From Pseudomonadota bacterium (GTDB taxonomy: Bacteria; Bdellovibrionota_B; Oligoflexia; Oligoflexales; RGVZ01), in the NCBI GenBank assembly GCA_041178085.1, contig JBEGVZ010000079.1, forward strand, positions 1-12,843: 12,843 nucleotides of DNA, read 5' to 3'. Of this stretch, positions 1 through 7,529 are shown one piece after another (positions within the stretch are counted from its first letter, which is position 1; each line of letters starts with the position of its first letter). The notes under the pieces are model-generated. The model ran no database searches. It saw only the letters and a list, made by a program, of their open reading frames with translations, and was not told where the DNA came from. The position numbers and the translations under genes are program-made.

Positions 1-2
1 TC

Positions 3-1133
3 CCGTTTTGTACGTATCAATGGCGCGTACACCCACAGAGCACAGCCAGTTCCATCGACGCCAAGCCCTACGCTGCGGTCAACGGCATCAAGGCCGTGAC
101 AGAGGCCTGCCAGCGTCGCGGGTTACCGCCAGTAAGTGCCGACTACAATGTGCAAACCCATCACTACGATTTGAAGTTCGAGATCGCCGGCGCGCCTCTT
201 GTCTCCATCATCATTCCCACCAGAAACCAGCTACCGGTGGTGAGGGCCTGCGTAGAGTCGATCCTGGAAAAATCAACGTGGCAAAATCTGGAAATCATCA
301 TCGTCGACAACGGCAGCGACGACCCTGCGACGCTCGCCTGGCTGGGGTCATTGGCGAAGGTCCAGCGCTCAGGCCGCCAGGCCTGCCAAGTGATCCGAGA
401 CGACGGGCACTTCAATTTTGCTCACCTGAACAACCTCGGCGCTGCCGCGGCCAGTGGCGAATACTTGGTACTCCTCAATAACGACGTCGAAGTAATCAGC
501 CCGGGCTGGATCGAGGAGATGCTCCAGTATGCCCAGATGAAGGACATCGGGGCAGTCGGCGCCCAGTTACGCTACGGTGATGGCACAGTCCAGCATGCCG
601 GTGGCTTGTTGCTTGGTGACTGGATTGCAGGACACTCCTGCCGAAAGCTGCGACCCGGGGACCGCACTTATATTGACGCCATAGCCACAGTCCGTGAGTG
701 CAGTTTTGTCACGGCCGCCTGCCTCATGGTTGCCCGCACCAAGTTCGATTCCGTCGGCCATTTGGAGTCCTCATTCCTTCCCAACGGCTATGGAGATATT
801 GATTTTTGCCTCAGTCTGGTCGCGAAAGGGCTACGGAACCTTTACGTTCCAGGGGCTGTCCTTTACCACTTCGAATCAAAGGCCCGCGGCCGTGCCATTG
901 AAACCTTTGAGCGGATCAACATCAAATCCAAATGGGCAGCCTCCCTGATCCTTGATCCCTACTTGAATCCCAACCTGAAGCGCGGTGAGGAATACACCAC
1001 CGACCAGGCCTTTCCCTTTGCCATGCTTGGTGCAAAGGCCCTGAACCACCGCATAAACCAAATGTCCGAACAGATATTTGGCGGCTCGACACAGGGAAGC
1101 CAAGTCACTGCCGGGGCGACAGCTCAAATTTGA
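3..1133 (+). CDS. Family 2 glycosyltransferase, tandem GT2 type (5'-truncated by the window edge)
   Basis: The frame of ORF 96..1133 is open back to position 3 (PFCTYQWRVHPQSTASSIDAKPYAAVNG, typical of the end of a first GT2 domain), so GTG 96 is not the true start. A full GT2 domain follows: PLVSIIIPTRN, IIIVDNGSDD, FNFAHLNNLGA, YLVLLNNDVE, VTAACLMV, GDIDFCL, LYHFESKARG. Confidence 0.92.
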   Translation, partial: PFCTYQWRVHPQSTASSIDAKPYAAVNGIKAVTEACQRRGLPPVSADYNVQTHHYDLKFEIAGAPLVSIIIPTRNQLPVVRACVESILEKSTWQNLEIIIVDNGSDDPATLAWLGSLAKVQRSGRQACQVIRDDGHFNFAHLNNLGAAAASGEYLVLLNNDVEVISPGWIEEMLQYAQMKDIGAVGAQLRYGDGTVQHAGGLLLGDWIAGHSCRKLRPGDRTYIDAIATVRECSFVTAACLMVARTKFDSVGHLESSFLPNGYGDIDFCLSLVAKGLRNLYVPGAVLYHFESKARGRAIETFERINIKSKWAASLILDPYLNPNLKRGEEYTTDQAFPFAMLGAKALNHRINQMSEQIFGGSTQGSQVTAGATAQI

Positions 1134-2355
1134 TGTCCGCGCCGGCCAGACCCATGACGTAGCCGTGCTGGTTGTCGCCAAGACGGCTATTGGTGGCATG
1201 CAGGGACGCAACTTCAATCGAGGCTAGAGGCCGTGCCCCACGGTCATCGTTCACCGTCACAACGACTTGCAATGATCCCACCCAGATGCCCGGCAGCCCG
1301 CCGCGGACGTCAAAACGTGCTTGAACATGTCCCTTATCCCGAAGCGTCCCCGCAGGATCTTCCAATCCAAGATCAGCGTTGTTGAAGCCGGCCAGCAGTT
1401 GCCCGCGCGAGTACAAGCCAACACCAAACGTCACGCCGTCACGGATTTTCTCGCGGCCCTGGAATGCGATATCCAGTTCGATTGAAAAATCGCGTGCAAC
1501 ATCAAGATTGGCTTCGCAACGGACACCGTCCTGCACAACGTTGGCTGTGCCGGCGACCTCCGGCTGGTCCACAGCGGTCGAATTGAGCTGACGTTGCAGC
1601 CGGCGATACATGATCTTTTCGTTGACGCGGATTGCCTCGCCCACGTCTCCCTCAAAACGCAGCTTACCCTCTTCCAGTACGACCGCGCGGTTGCAGAAGC
1701 GCTGGACTGCTGCCATGTCGTGGCTGACAAGAATCACCGAAGTACCCCGTTCACGCAGGGACTCGATGCGGGCCAGGCACTTCTTGCCAAAGTTGGCATC
1801 CCCGACGGCAAGCACTTCGTCAACCAGGAGGATATCCGGGTCGATCGCCGTGGCACAGGCAAACCCAAGGCGGGCGATCATGCCGCTACTGTAATTTTTC
1901 AGCGGCGAATCAATGAAATGGGATAGATCTGCAAATTCGATGATGCCAGGGGTCTGCTGGCGCACTTCAGCGCGCGTCAAACCCATCAACATGCACGACA
2001 GCTCGATGTTCTCGCGCCCCGAAAGCTCAACATCAAATCCTGCTCCCAGTTCAATCATGGGAGCGATACGACCGGCAGTCCGCACAGACCCGTAACGCGG
2101 CGTGAAAACCCCGGCTATGACCTTGAGCAAGGTCGATTTACCGCATCCATTGTGACCTATAAGGGCCAGCGACTCACCACGCGCAAGCTGCACACTGACA
2201 CCGTCAAGTCCCCGGAAGGTCCGGGTTCTGCCCTTGCCTTCCAATTTGCGCATCACATAGTCTTTGAACCCGGAATACAGGTAATCCGAAAGACGGTACT
2301 CGAGCACCAAATCCCGGCAATCAACAACCACATTGTGATTCGCAACATCAGACAT
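1105..2355 (-). CDS. wzt: Polysaccharide ABC exporter ATP-binding subunit with a ~155-aa C-terminal extension (probable carbohydrate-binding module)
   Basis: Walker A GHNGCGKS, ELSGREN, glycan-exporter signature YSSGM, Walker B ILLVDEVLAVGD and H-loop VSHD. The start overlaps the wzm stop by 8 bp (ATGTCTGA). Confidence 0.95.
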   Translation of the reverse strand: MSDVANHNVVVDCRDLVLEYRLSDYLYSGFKDYVMRKLEGKGRTRTFRGLDGVSVQLARGESLALIGHNGCGKSTLLKVIAGVFTPRYGSVRTAGRIAPMIELGAGFDVELSGRENIELSCMLMGLTRAEVRQQTPGIIEFADLSHFIDSPLKNYSSGMIARLGFACATAIDPDILLVDEVLAVGDANFGKKCLARIESLRERGTSVILVSHDMAAVQRFCNRAVVLEEGKLRFEGDVGEAIRVNEKIMYRRLQRQLNSTAVDQPEVAGTANVVQDGVRCEANLDVARDFSIELDIAFQGREKIRDGVTFGVGLYSRGQLLAGFNNADLGLEDPAGTLRDKGHVQARFDVRGGLPGIWVGSLQVVVTVNDDRGARPLASIEVASLHATNSRLGDNQHGYVMGLAGADIKFELSPRQ

Positions 2356-3130
2356 AAAAAATCAACTTTTTGACGTTCACCTTATAGACCCACAACCCAA
2401 GCGCCATGGAACCCACCGCCATCCCTGCCAAGAGGAGCAACCCAAGGGCAGAAACATGGTACGCACCCCCGAACATCGCAGCCCGGAACGCCTCGATAAA
2501 GTGTGTAAACGGATTAAGGCCAAGCAACCAGCGACCCATCTCGGGAACTTCCGGGGCGTTGCGATCATAAATCACCGGTGTTGCATAAAACGTCAGCATC
2601 AGCAGAGGGTCGATGACATGGCTAACGTCGCGAAAGAACACATTCACCACGCTCAACGTGATGGCAAGGCCAGCCAGAAAAATCAGGGTCAAAATAAAGA
2701 GCAGCGGCGCCAACCAGATCTGGTCAGGCACAGGGCGCCCACTGAAAACATAAACAATCGTATAGGGCAGGATCGACAGGATGAAGTTGGTAACAGCCAC
2801 ACCGGCTGGTACGACGGGGAAGATCCACGCCGGCACCCGCACCTTCATCATCAAGGGGCCGTTGCGTACGATCGACATGGAACCAACGCTAAGAGACAGA
2901 GTCACCATGTTCCAGAACAAGATCCCCGACAGCACGTAAAGGTTGTAGTTTTCAATCCCACGCATCAGGAAGGAAAAGACCACCGAGATGATCAGCATGA
3001 AGAGAAGTGGGTTGATCATGCTCCAGACGTAACCAAGGACCGACCCACGGTACTTGACCTTCAGCTCACGCCGCACCAGCATGGTTACGAGGTCCAGATA
3101 ATGAATCCGGCCCACCACCATCTCGCGCAT
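2348..3130 (-). CDS. wzm: Polysaccharide ABC exporter permease, ~260 aa
   Basis: RRELKVKYRGSVLGYVWSMINPL, FFRDVSH, FYATPVIY and LNPFTHFIEAFR motifs, with about six hydrophobic segments. Start moved from 3292 to ATG 3130 (8 nt after the upstream GT2 stop) to remove a 154-bp overlap. ATG 3121 is an alternative start. Confidence 0.95.
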   Translation of the reverse strand: MREMVVGRIHYLDLVTMLVRRELKVKYRGSVLGYVWSMINPLLFMLIISVVFSFLMRGIENYNLYVLSGILFWNMVTLSLSVGSMSIVRNGPLMMKVRVPAWIFPVVPAGVAVTNFILSILPYTIVYVFSGRPVPDQIWLAPLLFILTLIFLAGLAITLSVVNVFFRDVSHVIDPLLMLTFYATPVIYDRNAPEVPEMGRWLLGLNPFTHFIEAFRAAMFGGAYHVSALGLLLLAGMAVGSMALGLWVYKVNVKKLIFYV

Positions 3131-3138
3131 GCGACGTG

Positions 3139-5073
3139 TCAGGCTGGCCTGGTCGACTTGCGCTGCTGCTTCTGATTTGATTCCCACTGTTTCCATAAAT
3201 TCCGGAACTGACGGTGAAACGGACCCAGAATGCCCTTTAACGCCGCGTTTACGCGGTCGGCGATGCGGTACCTGAGCGGCTTGGCGAACCATGCCGCGCC
3301 CTGCTGCAACCCCGCAAACGTATCATAACCCAACTGGCGCATCATCATCGGCTGGATCAAGGCCGCGTGGCGCTCGTAAAGGATGACCTGTTCCAGGTCC
3401 TCGCAAAAATCCTTGCGGGTTTTTGACTCGTGATGGATCCCGGTGACTGACCCCAGGTAAAAACTCCGGTAACCTGCCCGTGCGGCCCGAAGGCAGATGT
3501 CGACATCGCCAAGCCCGTTCGGAAGCCAGTTTTCCTCCAGGCCCTCCAGCTCTTCAAAAACAGCCTTTCGACACATGGCCGCGGCGAAGGTCACAGCCGT
3601 TACCACATGGTCATCCATGGCATATTCGCCCGCACTGTGCATGTGAGTGGTCCGGAAGAGCGGCCCCCCGCGCATTTCCAAGCCAAACTTGATGCCCCCG
3701 TGCTGGATGCCGCCACTGACAAGACCAGCGGCCCCCGGGTAATCCAGGCGGATCCCGCAGAAGGCCAGGCCAGCATCGTAAGCCAGGTTAGACACCATCA
3801 CGTCGAGAGTCGTGGGATCTCTGAGCTCGACGTCGTTATTGAGGAACAGGACGTGGGTCGTCGATTCGCCGGCATACTTTTCAACCGCCTGGTTGTTCAT
3901 GCGGGCGAAGTTGAACGCCCCCGGAAAGTCCATCACCTGGTAGTTGAAGCGCCGGCCAGCCGTCGCCATCCAAGCCGAGAGGCGTTGGCGTGTCGAGGGA
4001 TCTTGGGAGTTATTGTCCACCAGGACACAGGTGACCGCAGCCGCCCGGGTGGTCTGGCCTTCCAGGCTATCGAGGCAGGCCCGCGTAAGCTCCCATCCGT
4101 CTTTGAAGGGGATTACCACCAGGATCCGCGCGGCCGCAGCCGCCTTTGGATCGACAAACTTGACGCGCAAGGCGCGGTTTCCGTCGCGGGAAATTTCCGG
4201 GGCCAAGTCGAGAGGTTCCAGATTGCGCGCCGCAAGGTACTCGCGGACCATTTTCAGGCCGCGTTCGTGGACGTACGGCTTTGCCTCAAGCGTGTCAGCC
4301 GTAGAACCCGCAATGCGCCGCCAAGAGTAAAGAAACAGGGGGATGTGACCGGCGCAAAATCCGGCGGCGCCGCTGGCGCGCAGAAAAAACTCGTGATCCT
4401 CGACCCCGTCATACTCACTGCGAAACCATTGACCATCGGGACGACGCAGGGCATCGATCAAATCGCGCCTGACTAAAGTCAGGTGAGCGATGTAATTCAA
4501 ACGTAAAAGGGTCGAGGGACAGAAATCCGGCTTGTATAGAAAATCCCCGAGCTGGCTGGAATCCTCCGCCAGCTTCACCTCATTGGAATAAACAAAGTTC
4601 AATTGCGGGCGTTCTGCGATCCAGCGGGCGAAGACGCCCAGCGCCTGCGGGTGCAACAAGTCATCGTGGTCCGCAAATCCAACCCATGCTCCCGTGGCGG
4701 CGGCGATGCCAGCGTTGCGGGCCGCGCTGATACCCCCCTGCCTCGCGGATCGGATCACCTTGATCCGGCGGGAATCCGCCGCTGCGGCGGCATCGGCGAT
4801 TCCAAGGTGAGCCGTCTGCAAGCTGCCATCATCCACCAGGATCAACTCCCAGTGGGGCCATGTCTGGGCGCGGATGGAGAGGATCAGTTCATCGAGCAGG
4901 CGCGGCGGGGTATTAAAAAGAGGCACAATCAAAGAGACCAACGGACTTTTTCCCAGATCGACACCCGCAAAGCGTCCAGCCTCGTTGGCGATGGTCCGCT
5001 CAATGTGTTCCTCGCGAGTTCCGGCAAGAGCCCACGGGGTGGAGCGAATGAATTGCTGAAGCTTGACGTCCAT
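3139..5073 (-). CDS. Tandem two-domain family 2 glycosyltransferase, 644 aa (polymerase-like)
   Basis: Domain 1: PLVSLIVPLFNT, ELILVDDGS, GISAARNAG, FADHDD, YDGVEDHEF, LYSWRR. Domain 2: VVIPFKD, VLVDNNS, FNFARMNN, VLFLNNDVE, GDVDICL, HHESKTR. An AGGA RBS-like element lies just before the ATG. Confidence 0.93.
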   Translation of the reverse strand: MDVKLQQFIRSTPWALAGTREEHIERTIANEAGRFAGVDLGKSPLVSLIVPLFNTPPRLLDELILSIRAQTWPHWELILVDDGSLQTAHLGIADAAAAADSRRIKVIRSARQGGISAARNAGIAAATGAWVGFADHDDLLHPQALGVFARWIAERPQLNFVYSNEVKLAEDSSQLGDFLYKPDFCPSTLLRLNYIAHLTLVRRDLIDALRRPDGQWFRSEYDGVEDHEFFLRASGAAGFCAGHIPLFLYSWRRIAGSTADTLEAKPYVHERGLKMVREYLAARNLEPLDLAPEISRDGNRALRVKFVDPKAAAAARILVVIPFKDGWELTRACLDSLEGQTTRAAAVTCVLVDNNSQDPSTRQRLSAWMATAGRRFNYQVMDFPGAFNFARMNNQAVEKYAGESTTHVLFLNNDVELRDPTTLDVMVSNLAYDAGLAFCGIRLDYPGAAGLVSGGIQHGGIKFGLEMRGGPLFRTTHMHSAGEYAMDDHVVTAVTFAAAMCRKAVFEELEGLEENWLPNGLGDVDICLRAARAGYRSFYLGSVTGIHHESKTRKDFCEDLEQVILYERHAALIQPMMMRQLGYDTFAGLQQGAAWFAKPLRYRIADRVNAALKGILGPFHRQFRNLWKQWESNQKQQRKSTRPA

Positions 5074-5091
5074 GATCCTGACCTGGTCCCG

Positions 5092-7407
5092 TTACAGCGA
5101 CCCGAAATACCTGAGCAAAAGGTGCCTGAAACAAACTGCGTGCAGGGACACTACTGCAACGAACATCAATTGTCTCGCGGCTTTGCGTCCCGACTCACCA
5201 AGCGCACAAACGTACGATGAGATGCCGATGCCACAAACGGAAATAAACAGCACAAAGGGCCCGACCAGATACCGTCCGTGAAGGTTCGCCGGGATTTGGA
5301 AAGCCCCCGCTGCAAAGGCGAACACACAAGCCGCTGTGAGCAAGGTGATGTACTGGAACCACAGCCACAAACTCAGTTCTTTTTCCCGGATCGCACGCCA
5401 TAGAATCAGGGAAATCCCGATGCCAGGAATCGCTTTCAATGGTTGCAGTATCCGCGCGGAAGGGACTGCGTCTAGCCAGCCGAAACCACCCCAGAATGAA
5501 TCCGAAGTCAGAAAATCACGGCCCAGCAGCCCGAATCCGGAAAAAAATGTAGAGACTGCCTTCAAACCATAATTCCAGATTTCAACGCCCGGACCAGACT
5601 CAGATTCGATACCTTGCAACTCCAGCCGAAGCGGCCAGACTGGCACTAGAAAAAAGACCGCCCAGAGAAGAGCCTGGGAGCATACCAAAAAGAACATCCC
5701 TTGGTTCACCCGTTTGCGGATTCGCCCTGAGACCTGCACTAGCTCACTAAAAGAGCCCTCTAACCGTAATATACCCCAACGAATACATGAGGTTACAAAA
5801 ACAAACCCAAACACCAAGCCAGAAACCCACAGTAGAAAATTATTGGCCCGCAACCATTCGCCCGTCGTCGGCCAAGCCCGGATGATTCGTTGAACGATCA
5901 GGTCAAAATAGCCGGGGGCCGTCATCAACCCAAGCACTGCCAATGCCGCGCCCGAAAAAAGCATGCCCGCAACGACGATAAACCATGGTTTCCCACGCAC
6001 AAAAACCACCATGAACGCGATCGTTGCCGAAAAGAAGAGAACTGCTGTGCCGGTCACACCGGATAAAAAACTCAACCCACAAAGCGCCCCCCACGCGAAG
6101 AAGGCTGCCAAGGGCAGCGTCGCCCCCAGAATGAGCCGCACGATGAGCCCGCTGGAGGCCAACATGCCAGCCACAGCCATGGCATGATTGGACCAGTGCA
6201 TGGCAAAGAACGGCAGAGCTGGGATGGTCAACAACACAAGACCCAGCGTCGCCCTGTGCCCGGCAGGGACGGCCCAAAGGAAAATCCCGAAAGCTGCGAC
6301 AAACATGGCTGCATTGATCAGTCTGAGAAGCAGTAGCGCATCCGCGGCATCCAGACCGGACAGCCAGCCGCCCAGTACCGGCCAGGTCTTTGTCGCCAAA
6401 GGGCTGCGGATGTGCTGGTCCCCCGTGTCGGCGATGTGTTTGGCCCAACTTAACTTCTCGGGTGTGTCCATGAACTCAGCAGCAAAAGTGACGTTGGGCC
6501 GGAACTTGATGGATTCGAAGTACCCCTTGCGCGCCAAATCCAAGGCGGATGCCTCAAGTTTTGCGGCCCCAGCACCTTTGGTCAGGGTCAACAGGTGATC
6601 GGGTTCATCGGGAGCATGAAACGGAGGACATAGCACCGAATAGGCGGCGGTCACCGCCAATGCCAGCAAAAATACAGTGCCCGTTGCATAAGTACGCGAC
6701 GAGACCGTCCCTGGAACTTGGAACACAATTGAGCGATAACTACACCAGCCTGCCGCCCCGAGTACCAAAAACGCACCGATCAAGACCGCAACTGGCAACA
6801 CCCGTCCGTCCCAGACGAAGCGCAGCATGGCCCAGCGGGAGACCGGCACAAATCTGCGGCCACTTCGCCAAGTGCCCCAAAGGACTCCCTTGGTTGACCC
6901 GGATGTCATGACCAAACCTGCACGTTCGATAGACTCAGGCCGGGGCGGCATTTGCGCCCACAGGCCAAAGCCTCCCGCGCCGCGAAAGCGCGCCTGCAAG
7001 CGATAGGTCCGGATGTCATCGCCGCTTGACGCTGGACGCGGCGCCTTGCGCTTCAGCTGGATTGCGGAATGCCCGCGAAACGTCACCGGGTCCGCGGCGA
7101 ACAGGGTTTGGGTGGACTCGGCATCTAAAATGACAAACTCAAGAAAATCGATGCGGTCCCCAAAGTCGGCGACTTCCAGGGTTATTTCGTCTGCTTCGGC
7201 CATCGCAGCTGAGGCGGTTGAGATCGTCGCCGACGCTTGAAAGACGCCTTCTGCCTCTGGACTACCAGCGAGTCCCAGGGCAAACCCAGGGAGACCGACA
7301 TCAAGGTCCGCAAGCGGACGCACGGCTTCTCCTGCCCCGGGATTGGCCAGCACCCATGCCACGCGGGCCAAGGCAATCAGGGGCAAAACGAACGAAATAA
7401 CCAGCAT
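5092..7407 (-). CDS. Polytopic membrane protein, DUF2142-like putative GT-C (lipid-linked donor) glycosyltransferase with an N-terminal soluble domain
   Basis: Long ORF with an N-terminal hydrophobic helix, a ~170-aa hydrophilic region, then more than 10 hydrophobic segments. Motifs PPFHAPDEPDH (6595-6627), SFWGGFGWLD and HGRYL. Start uncertain: ATG 7407 preferred, while GTG 7482 would overlap the divergent promoter. Stop lies 18 bp upstream of the next gene. Confidence 0.72.
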   Translation of the reverse strand: MLVISFVLPLIALARVAWVLANPGAGEAVRPLADLDVGLPGFALGLAGSPEAEGVFQASATISTASAAMAEADEITLEVADFGDRIDFLEFVILDAESTQTLFAADPVTFRGHSAIQLKRKAPRPASSGDDIRTYRLQARFRGAGGFGLWAQMPPRPESIERAGLVMTSGSTKGVLWGTWRSGRRFVPVSRWAMLRFVWDGRVLPVAVLIGAFLVLGAAGWCSYRSIVFQVPGTVSSRTYATGTVFLLALAVTAAYSVLCPPFHAPDEPDHLLTLTKGAGAAKLEASALDLARKGYFESIKFRPNVTFAAEFMDTPEKLSWAKHIADTGDQHIRSPLATKTWPVLGGWLSGLDAADALLLLRLINAAMFVAAFGIFLWAVPAGHRATLGLVLLTIPALPFFAMHWSNHAMAVAGMLASSGLIVRLILGATLPLAAFFAWGALCGLSFLSGVTGTAVLFFSATIAFMVVFVRGKPWFIVVAGMLFSGAALAVLGLMTAPGYFDLIVQRIIRAWPTTGEWLRANNFLLWVSGLVFGFVFVTSCIRWGILRLEGSFSELVQVSGRIRKRVNQGMFFLVCSQALLWAVFFLVPVWPLRLELQGIESESGPGVEIWNYGLKAVSTFFSGFGLLGRDFLTSDSFWGGFGWLDAVPSARILQPLKAIPGIGISLILWRAIREKELSLWLWFQYITLLTAACVFAFAAGAFQIPANLHGRYLVGPFVLFISVCGIGISSYVCALGESGRKAARQLMFVAVVSLHAVCFRHLLLRYFGSL

Positions 7408-7459
7408 TCGCGATACTGGCCTGGATTTGAGACCGCTACGACCCACCGCACAATTCCCG

Positions 7460-7488
7460 TTGAAAATCCGGACTGTTGGCACTAGTTT
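7460..7488 (+). promoter_or_regulatory. Putative sigma70-type promoter for the dehydratase gene
   Basis: TTGAAA (7460-7465), 17-bp spacer, TAGTTT (7483-7488), in the divergent intergenic region about 40 bp before ATG 7530. Confidence 0.45.
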
Positions 7489-7529
7489 TCGTCTATCAGA
7501 AGTCGACCATTGCTGACGAGAGAAACCGA

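Noticed and set aside
8..481. 157-aa Arg-rich ORF
   Set aside because: It is an alternative frame inside the GT2 gene, whose frame is open from position 3.
3131..3292. Extended wzm N-terminus overlapping the GT2 gene
   Set aside because: ATG 3130 gives a normal ~260-aa Wzm immediately after the upstream stop.
2456..5220. Long plus-strand ORFs 2456..3175, 3607..4476 and 4603..5220
   Set aside because: They lie antisense to well-supported wzm and GT2 genes and show no recognisable motifs. They are shadow ORFs expected from GC-rich codon bias.
5500..6080. A-rich plus-strand stretch suggesting foreign DNA
   Set aside because: It reflects T-rich Phe/Leu/Val codons of transmembrane helices on the minus strand.
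7477..7491. Sigma54-like TGGCAC element
   Set aside because: The -12 position reads TTCG instead of TTGC, and a sigma70-type arrangement fits the same region better.
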